From NCBI RefSeq assembly GCF_006345805.1, contig NW_021832749.1:1-33049 (forward strand): 33,049 nucleotides of DNA. The letters are read 5' to 3'. The stretch is from Octopus sinensis. Its lineage: Eukaryota. The notes below the pieces were generated by a model, which was not told the DNA's origin, did no database searches, and worked only from the letters and a program-made list of their open reading frames with translations. The position numbers and the translations under genes were made by a program. Shown one piece after another: positions 10,075-21,699 of this stretch; the stretch's first letter is position 1, and every line of letters begins with the position of its first letter.

Positions 10075-11751
10075 GCCCTTCCATCAGGAATCACTGCCGA
10101 GATGCTTAAAATATCCAGCAGTGTGGGTTATGATCTAGTCACCTGTATTGTAAATCAGGTGGTTCATGAAGGAGTCATACCCAATGAAGCACAATAGTCA
10201 ACTGCTACAAAGCTAAAAGTGATGCCATAGATAGAAATAATTACAGAGGTATTAAATTGTTAGATCAGGTGATGAAAGTTGTGGAAAGAGTCATAGCCCA
10301 ACTAATCAGGGAGAGAGTTAGTCTAGAGGAGATGTAGTTTGGCTTTGTGCCAAGCTATATTTCTGGTAAGGCAACTTCAGGAGAAATACCTAGCCAAAGA
10401 CGAACCTCTGTACTTGGCTTTTGTTAACTTGGAGAAAGCTTTTGACATAGTCCCCTGATCCCTTATTTTGTAGTCAATGTGGAAATTAGGGATAAACAAG
10501 TGGTTGGTGAGAGCTGTACAAGCCTTGTATAGGGATGCTACCAGTAAGGTGAGGGTGGGCAATGATTACAGCAAAGAATTCAGGGTACAAGTAATGGTTC
10601 ACCAAGGATCGGTGCTCAGCCCCCTCTTGTTCATCACTCCAGGCAATAATAGAGGAATTCAAGACAGGCTGCACCTGGAAGCTCCTCTATGCTGGTGACC
10701 TTGCTCTTATAGAATCACTACTCCAGCTAGAGAAGAAGTTCCAGATATGGAAGCAAGGTCTAGAATCAAAGGACCTTAGAGTTAACCTTGCAAAAACCAA
10801 AGTCATAGTAGGAAAGTAAACAAATCACATATCCCCTCAGGCAGATGGCACTGCTCAATCTGTAGAAAAGGTTAAGGCAGAAACTCCATAAGATGTGCTC
10901 AGTGTAAGCATTGGACACACAAAAGCTGCAGCAACATCAAAGGAAAGTTGACAGAGAAACTAACTTTTATATGTGGAGGATGCACAGGAATAATAAATAC
11001 TGAACATGTGCAAAAAATAGACACCATCAACTGCCAGTGGGGCAAGTTAGGGGCAGTAGATAGCTTCCGGTATCTAGGTGACCAGGTTAGTAGTGGAGAT
11101 GGTTGTTCTGAGAGAATAGCTGTGAGAACAAGATTAGGTTGGGCAAAGTTCAGAGAGCTCCTACCCCTGCTGGTAACAAAGGGCCTCTCATCTCACGTGA
11201 TGCATATGGACGAGGACAGCAGTGTAATGAAATGCCAATCTCTAACTGTGGAGGAGACCTCTGGTAGAGGTAGACCCCGGAAAACATAGGATGAGGTGGT
11301 GAAGCATGACCTTTGAACCTCATAGAGGCAATGACTAGTGACCAAAACTTTTGGCAATGTGCTCTGCTTAAGAGGACCCGTCAAGCCAAGTGCACCCTGT
11401 GCAAGGTGGGCCTGATGGAGGCAAAGTGGCCGAGTTCCTTTCAAGTGATGTAATTCATTATCTGCCTCACAGAGGCAATGACCAAAACCTTTAGCGTTAT
11501 GTCATGCTTGAGAATAAGAACCATCAAGCTGAGCAAAATCACAGTCATGCAGATACCTGTGTCATGCAGATGGCATCCATGTCAGTGGTATATAAAAGCA
11601 CCCATTACACTCTCGGAGTGGTTGGCGATAGGAAGGGCATCCGGCCGTAGAAAACCATGCCAAACCAAACTGGAGCCTGGTGCTGCATGCCAGCCCAGTC
11701 AAACTGTCCAACTTATTCCAGCATAGACGACAGATGCTAAATGATGATGAT
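10075..11751 (+). mobile_element. Older, decayed 5'-truncated RTE LINE with 3' UTR and gat tail
   Basis: Frameshifted homology to the RT of copies 1-3 (VHQGSVLSPLLF; GRGRPRKT), with a diverged 3' UTR ending atgatgatga. Confidence 0.9.
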
Positions 11752-12134
11752 TGGTCAGAAAAAAGAATCCCTACCCATACTACTAATAAGTTGCAATGCC
11801 TGGGTATTATATTACTAAATTATTATTTTACGATAGAGTTTATACCATCTAAAAACTTAGGACATGCTGTTTGTCAAGATTGATACCTGAAAATACTTAA
11901 CTGTTTGAGGATACTGTGATTGCAGCATTGCGAGTAGAAAAAGAAATTAAAAATATTTTGTAATGTGTGAATTACCAGTTACATTACAAGACATAAAATT
12001 AAAAGCAGAAAATGATGAATTTATCAAAAAAAAAAAATACTGACAGCTGGAAAAAAAGAGATAAAAATATGCATTTTGCAGAATGCAACACAAATTCGAA
12101 CCTGTTATTAATTTGCAACAATGTGTTAATGTAC

Positions 12135-12520
12135 GCATAGAGTTGTAGTGCCAGCCACGTTACAGAAGTGATTACTACAGGAATTTCACATTAGTCACCC
12201 AGGGATTTTGAGAATGTAACCGTTAATGAGAAGTTATGAGTATTGGCCAAGAATGGACCATGACATTGAAGAACTAGTGAAAGCATGTAGAGGTTGTGTA
12301 CTAGCAGCAAAATCACCTACCAAAAAATGGCAACTGTGGCCAAAAACAGATATCCCATGGTCCAGACTGCATGTTGATTATGCAGGTCCATTTAATGGAT
12401 CATATTACCTTGTTATGGTAGACAGTTTTTCTTAGTGGCCTGAAGTACATAAATGTAAAAAGCCAACATCCACAGTTACACTAAGTTTTTTTACATAAAT
12501 TGTTTGCCAGATATGGTATT
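12135..12520 (+). pseudogene. Ty3/Gypsy-type integrase fragment (HHCC zinc domain and start of core)
   Basis: EFHISHPG...MRSYEYWPRMDHDIEELVKACRGC...PWSRLHVDYAGPFNGSYYLVMVDSFS*WPEV, with in-frame stops. No LTRs seen. Confidence 0.85.
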
Positions 12521-12680
12521 ATGTCATAATGTTGTTGGCAGATGTAGTTCACAAAAAGTCAGGGCTATGCAACAATAGTGGAAGTATATAAAGATTAGGT
12601 AAAAATCTGGCCCCTGTCTTCAGAGTGGAATGATAGGTATCTAAATCTATTGCATAATACATCTGATTTATTAAGAACTT

Positions 12681-13067
12681 CGCCTGGCTCCCGTGCCGGT
12701 GACACGTAAAAGCACCATCCGTTCGTGGCCGTTTGCCAGCTCTGTCTGGCCCCCGTGTTGGTGGCACGTAAAAGCACCATCCGTTCGTGTCCATTGCCAG
12801 CCTCGCCTGGCCCCCGTGCCGGTGACATGTAAAAGCACCATCCGTTCATGGCTGTTTGCCAGCTCTGTCTGGCACCTGTGGGGGTGGCACGTAAAAAGCA
12901 CCCACTACACTCACGGAGTGGTTGGCGTTAGAAAGGGCATCCAGCTGTAGAAACACTGCTAGATCTGACTGGGCCTGATGAAGCCTTCCAGCTTCACAGA
13001 CCCCAATTGAACAGTCCAACCCATGCTAGCATGGAAAACGGACGCTAAATGACGATGATGATGATGA
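12681..13067 (+). mobile_element. RTE 3'-UTR-only element with ~3.5 tandem ~60-bp units
   Basis: Units ctggc.cccgtg..ggtg.ca.gtaaaagcaccatccgttc are followed by the same 3' UTR as 4610-4815 and a (gat)n tail. Confidence 0.88.
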
Positions 13068-13269
13068 TTCACTTAATATTTTAATATTTCCATTCCGCAT
13101 AGGTTACATCCATACTTTTCCCTGACATAAGGTCAAGTGCATTTCATAATGCTCCACTTCTTTTAAAGCTGTGAATATGATTATGTAATCTTCACTTGAA
13201 TTGGGATGAAGTAGAACGAATGTAGAACGAATCTGTTCAGGTTAGTATTAATATTATAAACTGTATCTG

Positions 13270-14726
13270 ATCTGGCTGAGTTTCTACAGCTGGATTCCCT
13301 TCCTAATGCCAACCACTCTGAGAGTGTAGTGGGTGCTTTTATGTGCCACTGGCACAACGGCTATCAACTACTTCTAGTTTTTCTCCCTGGAACGTCGTAG
13401 AAGTTGGTCTCTGCACATTTTCAGTGTTTATTGCTCCTGAGCATCTGCCACAGACAAAAACTATTTTCCTAGTTAGCCTTCCTTTGACATTGCTGCACCT
13501 CTTATGTGTCCATAGCTTACACTTGGTGCACCTTATAGAGTTTCTACCTACACCTTTTTTACAGATCGAGCAGGGCCATCTACCTGAAGGCGTTTATGAT
13601 TGGTCTACCTTCCTACTTATTAGGACTTTGGTTTTGGCTAGGTTGATTCTAAGGCCCTTCGATTCTAAACCTTGCTTCCACACCTGAAACTTCTCCAGTT
13701 CTGATAGTGACTCAGCAATTAGAGCAAGGTCGTCAGCATAGAGGAGCTCCGATGGGCATCCTGTCTTGAATTCCTCCGTTATTGCCTGGAGGACTATGAT
13801 AAATAGGAGGGGACTGACGACTGAACCTTGGTGGACCCCAAACTCTACCCGGAATTCTTCACTGTACTCGTTGCCAACCCTCACCTTACTAGCAGCACCT
13901 CTGTACATGGCTCGCACAGCTCTCACTAACCATTCATCTATCCCTAGTTTCCTCATTGACCACCAGATAAGGGATCGGGGGACCCTGTCGAAGGCTTTCT
14001 CCATGTCAACAAAAGCCAGGTACAGGGGCTTATCTTTGGCTAGGTATTTCTCCTGCAGCTGTCTTACCAGGAATATAGCATCAGTAGTACTTTTCCCTGG
14101 CATGAACCCAAACTGCATCTCATCTAAGCTAACTCTCTCTCTAATTAGTTGGGCTATAACCCTTTCCGTAACCTTCATTACCTGATCCAGCAGCTTGATA
14201 CCCCTGTAGTTATTTGTATCTAGGGCGTCGCCTTTACCTTTGTAGCAGTTGACTATTATGCTGCTACACCAGTCATTGGGTATGACTCCTTCATGTATCA
14301 CCTGGTTAACTATACGAGTGACTAGGCTATAGCTGACACTACCAGATATTTTGAGCATCTCTGCAGTAATTCCTGATGGGCCTGGGGCTTTCCCCGTTTT
14401 CATGCTTGTAATTGCTCTAACTACTAAGGAACTGTCAACTTGGATTGCTGGTCCCTCTGTTGGGTCGACATTCGGCAGACTCTCTTTATCCCATTCATTT
14501 TCCTCATTCAGCAACCTTTCATAGTGGCGTCTCCAAACCTCTCTCTTTGCATCCTCATTTAGCGCAAGTGAACCGTCATCCTTGCGAACACATTTCTCTC
14601 CTACCACGTCACGATTCTCTCTCACACACTGTCTTGCAACACGAAATACCTCAAGTCTTTCATCCTCACGGCTCAGAACATTGGCAAATTTTTTCTTATC
14701 TGCTTCCCCTCTGGCTAAATACACCT
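13270..14726 (-). mobile_element. RTE LINE copy 2 (5'-truncated; 376-aa open RT segment; internal deletion near the 3' end)
   Basis: ORF 13594-14724 carries AFVDMEKAFD, GVHQGS and LLYADD. About 860 bp present in copy 3 are missing at the junction near 13355. Confidence 0.95.
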
Positions 14727-14728
14727 AT

Positions 14729-15471
14729 AGATACGTAAGCTATATTTATCTTAGACAGCGATAAGGATCTATAAAATTATAAATATATTTATTCTATATT
14801 TAACGAGACGTGAGGCTGATCGATAAAATTAGGGGGCGAGCTATAGGCGAGCTATAGGATTATATATATATTTAACACAAGACATGAGACATCGATATAT
14901 TGAGATGAACTATAGAATTATATATATATATATAACACGAGGCGTGAGGCTGAAATAGACAAAGTCATAACATAATAGAGATAAACAGGGGTAACTAAAG
15001 ATCAATCAATTGCACAGAAATATTTCTGGTAGGTACGGGCTGAATTAAATTAATATTGCTTAGCTGGAATTCATTTTTCGGACGAAGTTGACAGCAACAG
15101 TTTGAATCAAAAAGTGGGACTGTTATTATTCAGTCGCTATTGTATATGCATATAGGGTGGTAGTGAAGGGAAGTGGGAGGTCGAGTGGCGATCGAAAGAG
15201 ATAGAAAGACAATGTGAAGAGGAGATAGAGAAAAATATATCGAGGGGGGGGGGGGCGAGAACTAGCAGCCATGTACGCCATTCCATTCTTAGAAAGGAAT
15301 ACTTATTAGTAGGTATAAAATACCTAAATTTGAGAGAGAGATATTTTGCAGATTTATGGGAGATACATGAGCTATATTTATCTTAGACAGCGATAAGGAT
15401 CTATAAAATTATAAATATATTTATTCTATATTTAACGAGACTTGAGGCTGATCGATAAAATTAGGGGGCGA
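14729..15471. repeat. Unclassified element: one 632-bp unit plus a ~102-bp terminal direct repeat
   Basis: 14738-14839 and 15370-15471 differ at 1 of 102 positions. The internal segment 15058-15120 is homologous to 1511-1569. Confidence 0.88.
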
Positions 15472-15548
15472 TATATACATACATACATATATATATATAC
15501 ATACATATATACATACATACATACATATATATATATATATGCATATAT
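15472..15548. repeat. (TA)n/(TACA)n microsatellite
   Basis: Read directly from the sequence. Confidence 0.9.
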
Positions 15549-15554
15549 AAGGTT

Positions 15555-16450
15555 TTTGGACAAAATTTGACAGTTCGCATAAAAGGAAAAGGAAACATCC
15601 CATCCAAAGATATAAGTATTTAAAAAAAATCAAAATAATATCAACTTAATTATGGCTGAGAGAGAAAAGTTTACTCAAAGTAGCAGCCATCAGCTTCCAC
15701 TATGGCTTCAATATAGCTCCGTAATTTTGTGCATGCATTCTTCACTGTGTGCTTGACAAAATCTTTGAACACTTTCTTGATCTTGGCTACCAGCTTGCCC
15801 TTGGTGTTGCAGGCAAGGCAGTTGGTGCCTTTTTCAACTGTTCCACACATAGTAATCCAATTATATATATATACACACACACATTTTACCAGTGACATGA
15901 ATTCTGTAATATTTGCACATTTATTTAATACATCTAAGTCTTTTTCTGTAGTTTACCTATGAGCCCCTTGAAAAGGTACATATCTGGAAAACATCAACCT
16001 GGGGAATTAGGAGGCCAGAAATTGGGGCTGGTGAAGTCAGAGAAATTTTCTGACAACCACTTCCGACTCTTTACAGAGGTATAGCAAAGAGCCAAATTCT
16101 GTTGCCATATATCTGGTCTTTCAGCAGCAACACTCTCCAGTAGCTTCACATAGCCATCTGAATTAAGCCTAAGTCCATGTTTAAAGATGTGGGGATGAAG
16201 TCTGGTGTGCAGACTCAGTCAGAATGCGTGCACTGTAGTTTTTGTTGCAGTTGTCCATGTCATGTCTTACAGCCTTTAGAGAGCACTGAGCAACAGTTTT
16301 GATGTCAGCACTTTGATACCTGGCATGACTCATCATGGTATAGGTAACCGATTTCAATATTCAGATGGCTTATAGTACTTCATGTCAGCTAACCTTTTTT
16401 TTTAATTAACAACTTTAATTATCACTTTTTCTCCATACTCAGCCAATGAA
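15555..16450 (-). mobile_element. Decayed Tc1/mariner (maT-like) transposon
   Basis: Minus-strand GLRLNSDGYVKLLE...WQQNLA..HT-like...WLSENFSDFTSPNFWPPNSP, then DYYV.GTVEKGTN...KLRSYIEAIVEADGCYFE*. Interrupted by an insertion at ~15861-15996. Confidence 0.85.
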
Positions 16451-16598
16451 TTTACAAGTGACATTCAGTGTCTTGCCCACAGCAGAGCACTAATAACAGC
16501 ACCAACAAATTCAGTGTCTTGTCTACAGTACAGAAGAACATCAGTGATAGCACCAGCAGACAAACACTACTACTTTATACACTTTGAGAGTTAAGGAA

Positions 16599-16786
16599 TT
16601 AACACTTTTTTTTTACCATATTTCTGCTGAAATACACTGCTTTTGTTACAATTAATTTTTAAAAGAATGAAGAATTTAGTAAAATAATTATTATTACTAT
16701 TAGAAGTTTTTAAAACACTTTCAAATGGATAGTTTGTATCATTGAAGCAAGAGTAGTCCCAAATGGGTTAGTAACAAAAGGATTAA
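16599..16786. mobile_element. Degenerate TTAA-flanked MITE (piggyBac-like ends)
   Basis: TTAA at both ends. The decayed inverted termini are cactttt..ttacca and tagtaacaaaagga. Confidence 0.55.
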
Positions 16787-17795
16787 CACATTTAAACAGA
16801 GCAAAAATTAAAGATTTTGAGTAAACAAGGAAGCTCTGTGTGGTCCAACAACTTGCTAGAAATGGCATATAAATCTACCTCAAATCACATTCTTGCTGTC
16901 TTTAAAAATGGGGGAAAATATAATTCTAAATATGACAATGGGAAGAGAGTGGGAAAGATAAGATGGTTACAGGTAGAAAGGCCTGGCACTAAACAATTAA
17001 ACAGAAGCGGTTTTTAAAGTTATTTATATTCATTGTTCCCAGTTAACAACAGTGACATGGATTCTGTATATTTGCACATTTATTTAATACATCTAAATCT
17101 TTTTTTTTCTGTAGTTCAGCTATGAGCCCCTTGTAAAGGTACATACCTGGAAAACATCACAATCATGAACAGCACTCAAAGTATTCAAAATTGTTTTCAT
17201 TGTTGGGTTTCACTATCACCCAATATCTCTCTTGGCAAAATCCCATCCTTAACATAACCAAGGCTTCCACTTTAGGGTCAGAAGATACTTCAGCACCCAA
17301 CAATTAATGACACTCTTTAAGCTCAGGTGAAGTCCAAAATGGAGGATGGTTTCCACAACTAAGATGGTGCTTCTGCTGCATGTACAGACACCCTACACTA
17401 CCAGAAAGAACCCTCTGACTGACCTACTGACATACTTTCTGCCTTTTCTACTACAAATATAATGGCCTCCATTTCTCAGATTTGACTGAACTCATAGTAT
17501 TTTCATTCAGACATTCCTATCTTATTCAGTTCTCACCTCCTCTCAACACCTTTGTTGTGTTTAACTTCCCAGACTCCATACTAATCACAATGCCCAATCC
17601 TTCCTGTCAAGAATGGCTCACTGGAATTCTTTCTACTCATGTCTTTCTCATAAGTGTTGATTTACAAAGTACAAGAGGAATATTAATAGCACTAATCTTA
17701 CAAGTTTAGGGACAGTCTACAAAGGCCAAGGACACTGCCTTTTCCTCCAAACTGAGCAAGTTGAGAAAGAAAATTAAAAAGCAGTTATTTTTCAC

Positions 17796-17901
17796 CTGTA
17801 AATACCCTCACAGACAATGAGGATTTTTTTCCATGGCTGGTGTGTTCTTGGCTGACCCTCGACCACAGCTTGTTTCAAGATTTTTTCCAAAGATACCATA
17901 T
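17796..17901 (-). CDS. SPTLC2: SPT LCB2-type exon C (106 nt)
   Basis: Bounded by cttgcag| and AG|gtgaaa. Encodes (N)[34 protein letters not shown](S). Phases match both neighbours. Confidence 0.95.
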
Positions 17902-18612
17902 CTGCAAGATAAGAATGTTTGTGTAGTACCTATAAAACAAGACCTGCAGTTTGTCAATGACGAAGTCTCTATATGATCACTCATCCTGCTAGAAATAGCA
18001 ACCAAGACTCACATCCTACCATCTTAGAAAAATAATTAGACAATATTGTGGCCACGGCTGAAATGCCTTTGACCATATATTTGATACAAGTCTAATAAGA
18101 GTTAAATGGTTTTTCATCACACTAAAACTATTGGTAATACAAATTAATATAATTTTAGTTCTTTTGTTGAAAATTGAACAAACCCTAGCTTAGAAAAGAG
18201 TGTATGTGTGTGGACAAATGCACACTGAATTAATTTCAATATTATCTTCTGTTGATTTGTAATTTAATAGAAGACTAGAATAAATGTAAATGTATCTAGA
18301 TGAGGTTTTTAAATCCTTCCAGAACAAGAAAGTAAAAATAAATAATAGGTAAAGAGCAACAATCCAAAAATCAGGTTTGTAGAATAGACTGGTTCTTAGA
18401 ATGGGAGAGAATGAGGAGGAAAAAAGAAAGAAAGAAGAAAGGGATGCTGCTGGGAAGAAAGTGAAAAGGGAAGAGAGAGAGAAAAGAAATATTAAGAAAC
18501 TAATAAAAACATTCATACTAATTTAAGGCATTGTAAACAGAATGCTTTGCTAGGAAAGGGAGGGTGTGGGTCAATAAAGTTATTGGCATATTGCAATTTT
18601 TTGTTTACTTAC

Positions 18613-18706
18613 TGTTATGTTTGAAAACACGTATGGTAGCTCCAGAAAGGCGTGAACCTAGAACCAATGAAGCATGGTTGAGCTCATCACTGACTATCAA
18701 GCAACC
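18613..18706 (-). CDS. SPTLC2: SPT LCB2-type exon B (94 nt)
   Basis: Bounded by tttctttcag| and |gtaagta. Encodes [31 protein letters not shown]; SDELNHAS is an AOS-family motif. Absent from the ORF track and found by manual translation. Confidence 0.96.
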
Positions 18707-18756
18707 CTGAAAGAAATGGTACACATTCACTATAGAAAACATGTCATCTAACAGCA

Positions 18757-19507
18757 AATCTCAAGTTTGACAGGATGCCTTGATTAGTGCTAGGTCAGTC
18801 TTGATTGAGCAGACCAGTGATCAATGGTGTTCCATTCATGACCATCCTGTCTTTCCAGACATATTGTACTGAGGTTAAATGAATGACAATTCAATATACT
18901 CGTGCTTGCCATAGAGATGATAGTGTTGTTTGTGAGAGATTTTGACTGCTATTTCAAGCAAAGTGAAAGTCATTTCAGGGTTTCCCTTGTTGGCTTGTGT
19001 CTTCAAAAGATTCATAATACACAACTAAGGTTTTAAATATTCATCCAGCAATGTTTGACTATTTTAGGGCAGATTAGACAAAAAGCAAAACAAAATTCAG
19101 TCAACAGCACTATATATTCAGAATTTCAATATTTTTGGCCCTTTAAATGCCCCTATAGTAGGTGGGCACTAATAATATAGCCAAGTCACTTAATTTTGTA
19201 GAATCCCCTATAGATGTGCTGGTCAATGATAGAATATTTTTGTTCCATTTTAATCTCTTAAAGTATTTTGAAGACACAAGCCAACAAAGGGAACCTTGAA
19301 ATGACTTTCACTTTGCTTGAAATAGCAGTCAAAATCTTTCACAAACAACACTATCATCTCTATGGCAAGTGTGAACATATTGGATTGTCATTAATTTAAC
19401 CTCAGTACAATATGTCTGAAAAGACAGGATGGTCATCATTGATCACTGGTCTGCTCAATCAAGACTGACCTAGCACTAATCAAGACATTATAGTCAAACT
19501 TGAGATT
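18757..19507. repeat. Long inverted repeat: arms 18757-19008 and 19266-19507 with a 257-bp spacer
   Basis: The arms align at roughly 90% plus one 12-nt indel. More diverged relatives occur near 7370-7550, 17990-18090 and 30140-30290. Confidence 0.92.
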
Positions 19508-19543
19508 GATAATTTAAGTATAAAACTCAGTCTATTTACAAAA

Positions 19544-19547
<4 letters not shown>

Positions 19548-19580
<33 letters not shown>
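19548..19580. repeat. (TA)n microsatellite
   Basis: Read directly from the sequence. Confidence 0.95.
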
Positions 19581-19581
<1 letters not shown>

Positions 19582-20344
19582 CTTGGAGGAGATGCATGTT
19601 TTAATGAAGTGGAGCTGTCGGCTAGCTATCTTGATTTTTAGACAGCAGAGCACGGTGTTTCTCAATGTATTAGTAGCTTGGCTAAAGTTTATTATATTTT
19701 GTTTGTGGATTTGCAAGATTCTTTATATGAGTTCGTGTGTTGAAGCATATTCTGTTGTGTCTGGGGAGAGACGTACATACGTACGTATGTATGTATGTAT
19801 GTGTTTATTTATTTGCCTTTTTATCAAAATTATTAAAATAAACAGTAAAACATTTTTAAAATTTACAAAATTTTTGAATTTTTCCACCAGAATATTGGTC
19901 AGACAACAAATAAAGTTGCTTGTTTTGTTTTAAAGATTTAAAAACTTTTTTTCTTACATGAATCTTCTACTGCAGAAAGTAAATTAAGAAAATGGAAGGA
20001 AAAAAAATTATAAAATAGTTATTTTATTAATTGACTACAATGAAACTGTTCTAGGAAAAATAAATTTATGACTTATGTAAAGACCAAATTTAAAGAAGGG
20101 AGCTTAATATTGTTAAAAAAATGCCATTTCCTCAAAAGTATATGTGCTACAGGAAACTTGTGATTTAAGTTAAAGCAATAATATTTTCCTCTCCAGATAT
20201 TTTGTAAAAGTTCCCATTTAGAGACAAGAAAACAATTTAATTCAGATCCCACTTCTCTAGTAACTAAACAAATGGTAGCATCAACAATATTGTTTTTCTA
20301 TTTATTGACCTTAGTTCATGTTAGAACATATAGATATACACACA

Positions 20345-20348
<4 letters not shown>

Positions 20349-20396
<48 letters not shown>
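20349..20396. repeat. (TG)n microsatellite
   Basis: Read directly from the sequence. Confidence 0.95.
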
Positions 20397-20397
<1 letters not shown>

Positions 20398-21007
20398 TGT
20401 ACTGGCATGTGAATATAACAATGCAAAATGCTTATATGGGTTTGTTCACATGATAGAGATGTGTGTGCATGGGAGAAATAGAGAGGGAGTGTGTGAAGAG
20501 GGCTATGTGGTGTGCAGTATCATGTTGCTGATCAATGGAAACACAAGACCCAATGACAAAAGTTTATTTTATTTTTAATAAATTAAAAGAAGAAAAAAAA
20601 AACTAAGTTATTGACTATTATCATCATCATTGTTTTTACTTCCATTTTTCTTGATGCTTGCATAGGTGCCGGATGGATGCCCCTTCTGATATTAATCCTT
20701 GTTTTCAAGTAAGGCATTTCATTCACTGGTCTTCACATATTGAAGCTGAGCTACTTACCATGTGAATTGTTCACATGGGACATAAACATCATGGCTGCCC
20801 AAGCAACATTAAGAAGACACACATACATACAGACATGGCAGCCTCCTCATAGCTTCCATCAACCGAATTTCACTCAAAAGATATCAGTCAACTTAAGGTC
20901 ACATAACTTGCCTCAGATGTTATGGAAAAAGGTCAAACCTGAAACCATGCTGTTACAAAGCAAATCTCTCAAACAAACAGCCATGTCAGCACATTCCACC
21001 ATTAATA

Positions 21008-21550
21008 ACAATAATAATCCTTTCTACTAAAGGCACAAGGCCTGAAATCTGGTGGAAGGAGATAGTTGATTACATCGACCCCAGTGTTCCACTGGTACTT
21101 AATTTATTGACCCTGTGGAATTTGAACTCAGAACGTGAAGATGGATGAAATACTGCTGAACATTTTGCCTGGGATGCTAATGATTCTGCCAGCTCGCTTC
21201 CTCAACAACAACAGCAACAACAATGGTTTCAAATTTTGGCACAAAGCCAGCAAGTGCAAGGTTAGGAGGAAGTCAATTACATTGACCCCAGTACTCAACT
21301 AGTATTTATTTTATCAACCCCAAAAGGATGAAAGGCAAAGTCGATGACAGCGGATCTTGAACTCAGAATGTAAAGATGGATGAAAATACCACAAAGCATT
21401 TTACCCAGCATGCTAAATAACCCTACTATTAATAATATTTACCATAGGCACAAAGCCAAAAATTTGCGGGGAGGGAACTAGTTGATTACACTGACCCCAA
21501 TATTTCACTAGTACTTAATTTATTGACCCTGAAAGGATGAAAGGCAAAGA
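21008..21550 (-). mobile_element. Three head-to-tail copies of a second tRNA-type SINE family
   Basis: Repeated ggcacaa.gcc...gattaca.tgacccc...tttattgaccc...gaactcagaa. The minus strand carries A-box-like TGGCAGAATCATTAG and B-box-like GAGTTCAAATTCC. Confidence 0.8.
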
Positions 21551-21699
21551 ATAAGGAGGACAATACAAAGATGAACATAAAACAAGGAAAAAAATGGTAG
21601 AGAGTATACACAATATACAATAGAACAGAGAAAGTATACATAGTGTGAGGGGGTAGCCAAAAGCAAGCAGAAATGTTGCTTAAGTCTGCCAACCGGTGG

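Noticed and set aside
12681-12900. Repeat array superficially like a CRISPR repeat-spacer pattern
   Set aside because: The units are similar along their whole length, with no unique spacers. The array is part of an RTE 3' UTR in an animal intron, and there are no cas genes.
13766-14185. Antisense ORFs over RTE copies (also 4147-4641, 24580-24894, 25276-25931) and microsatellite ORFs (118-375, 20318-20578)
   Set aside because: These are shadows of the RT reading frame or of low-complexity repeats, with no independent coding evidence.
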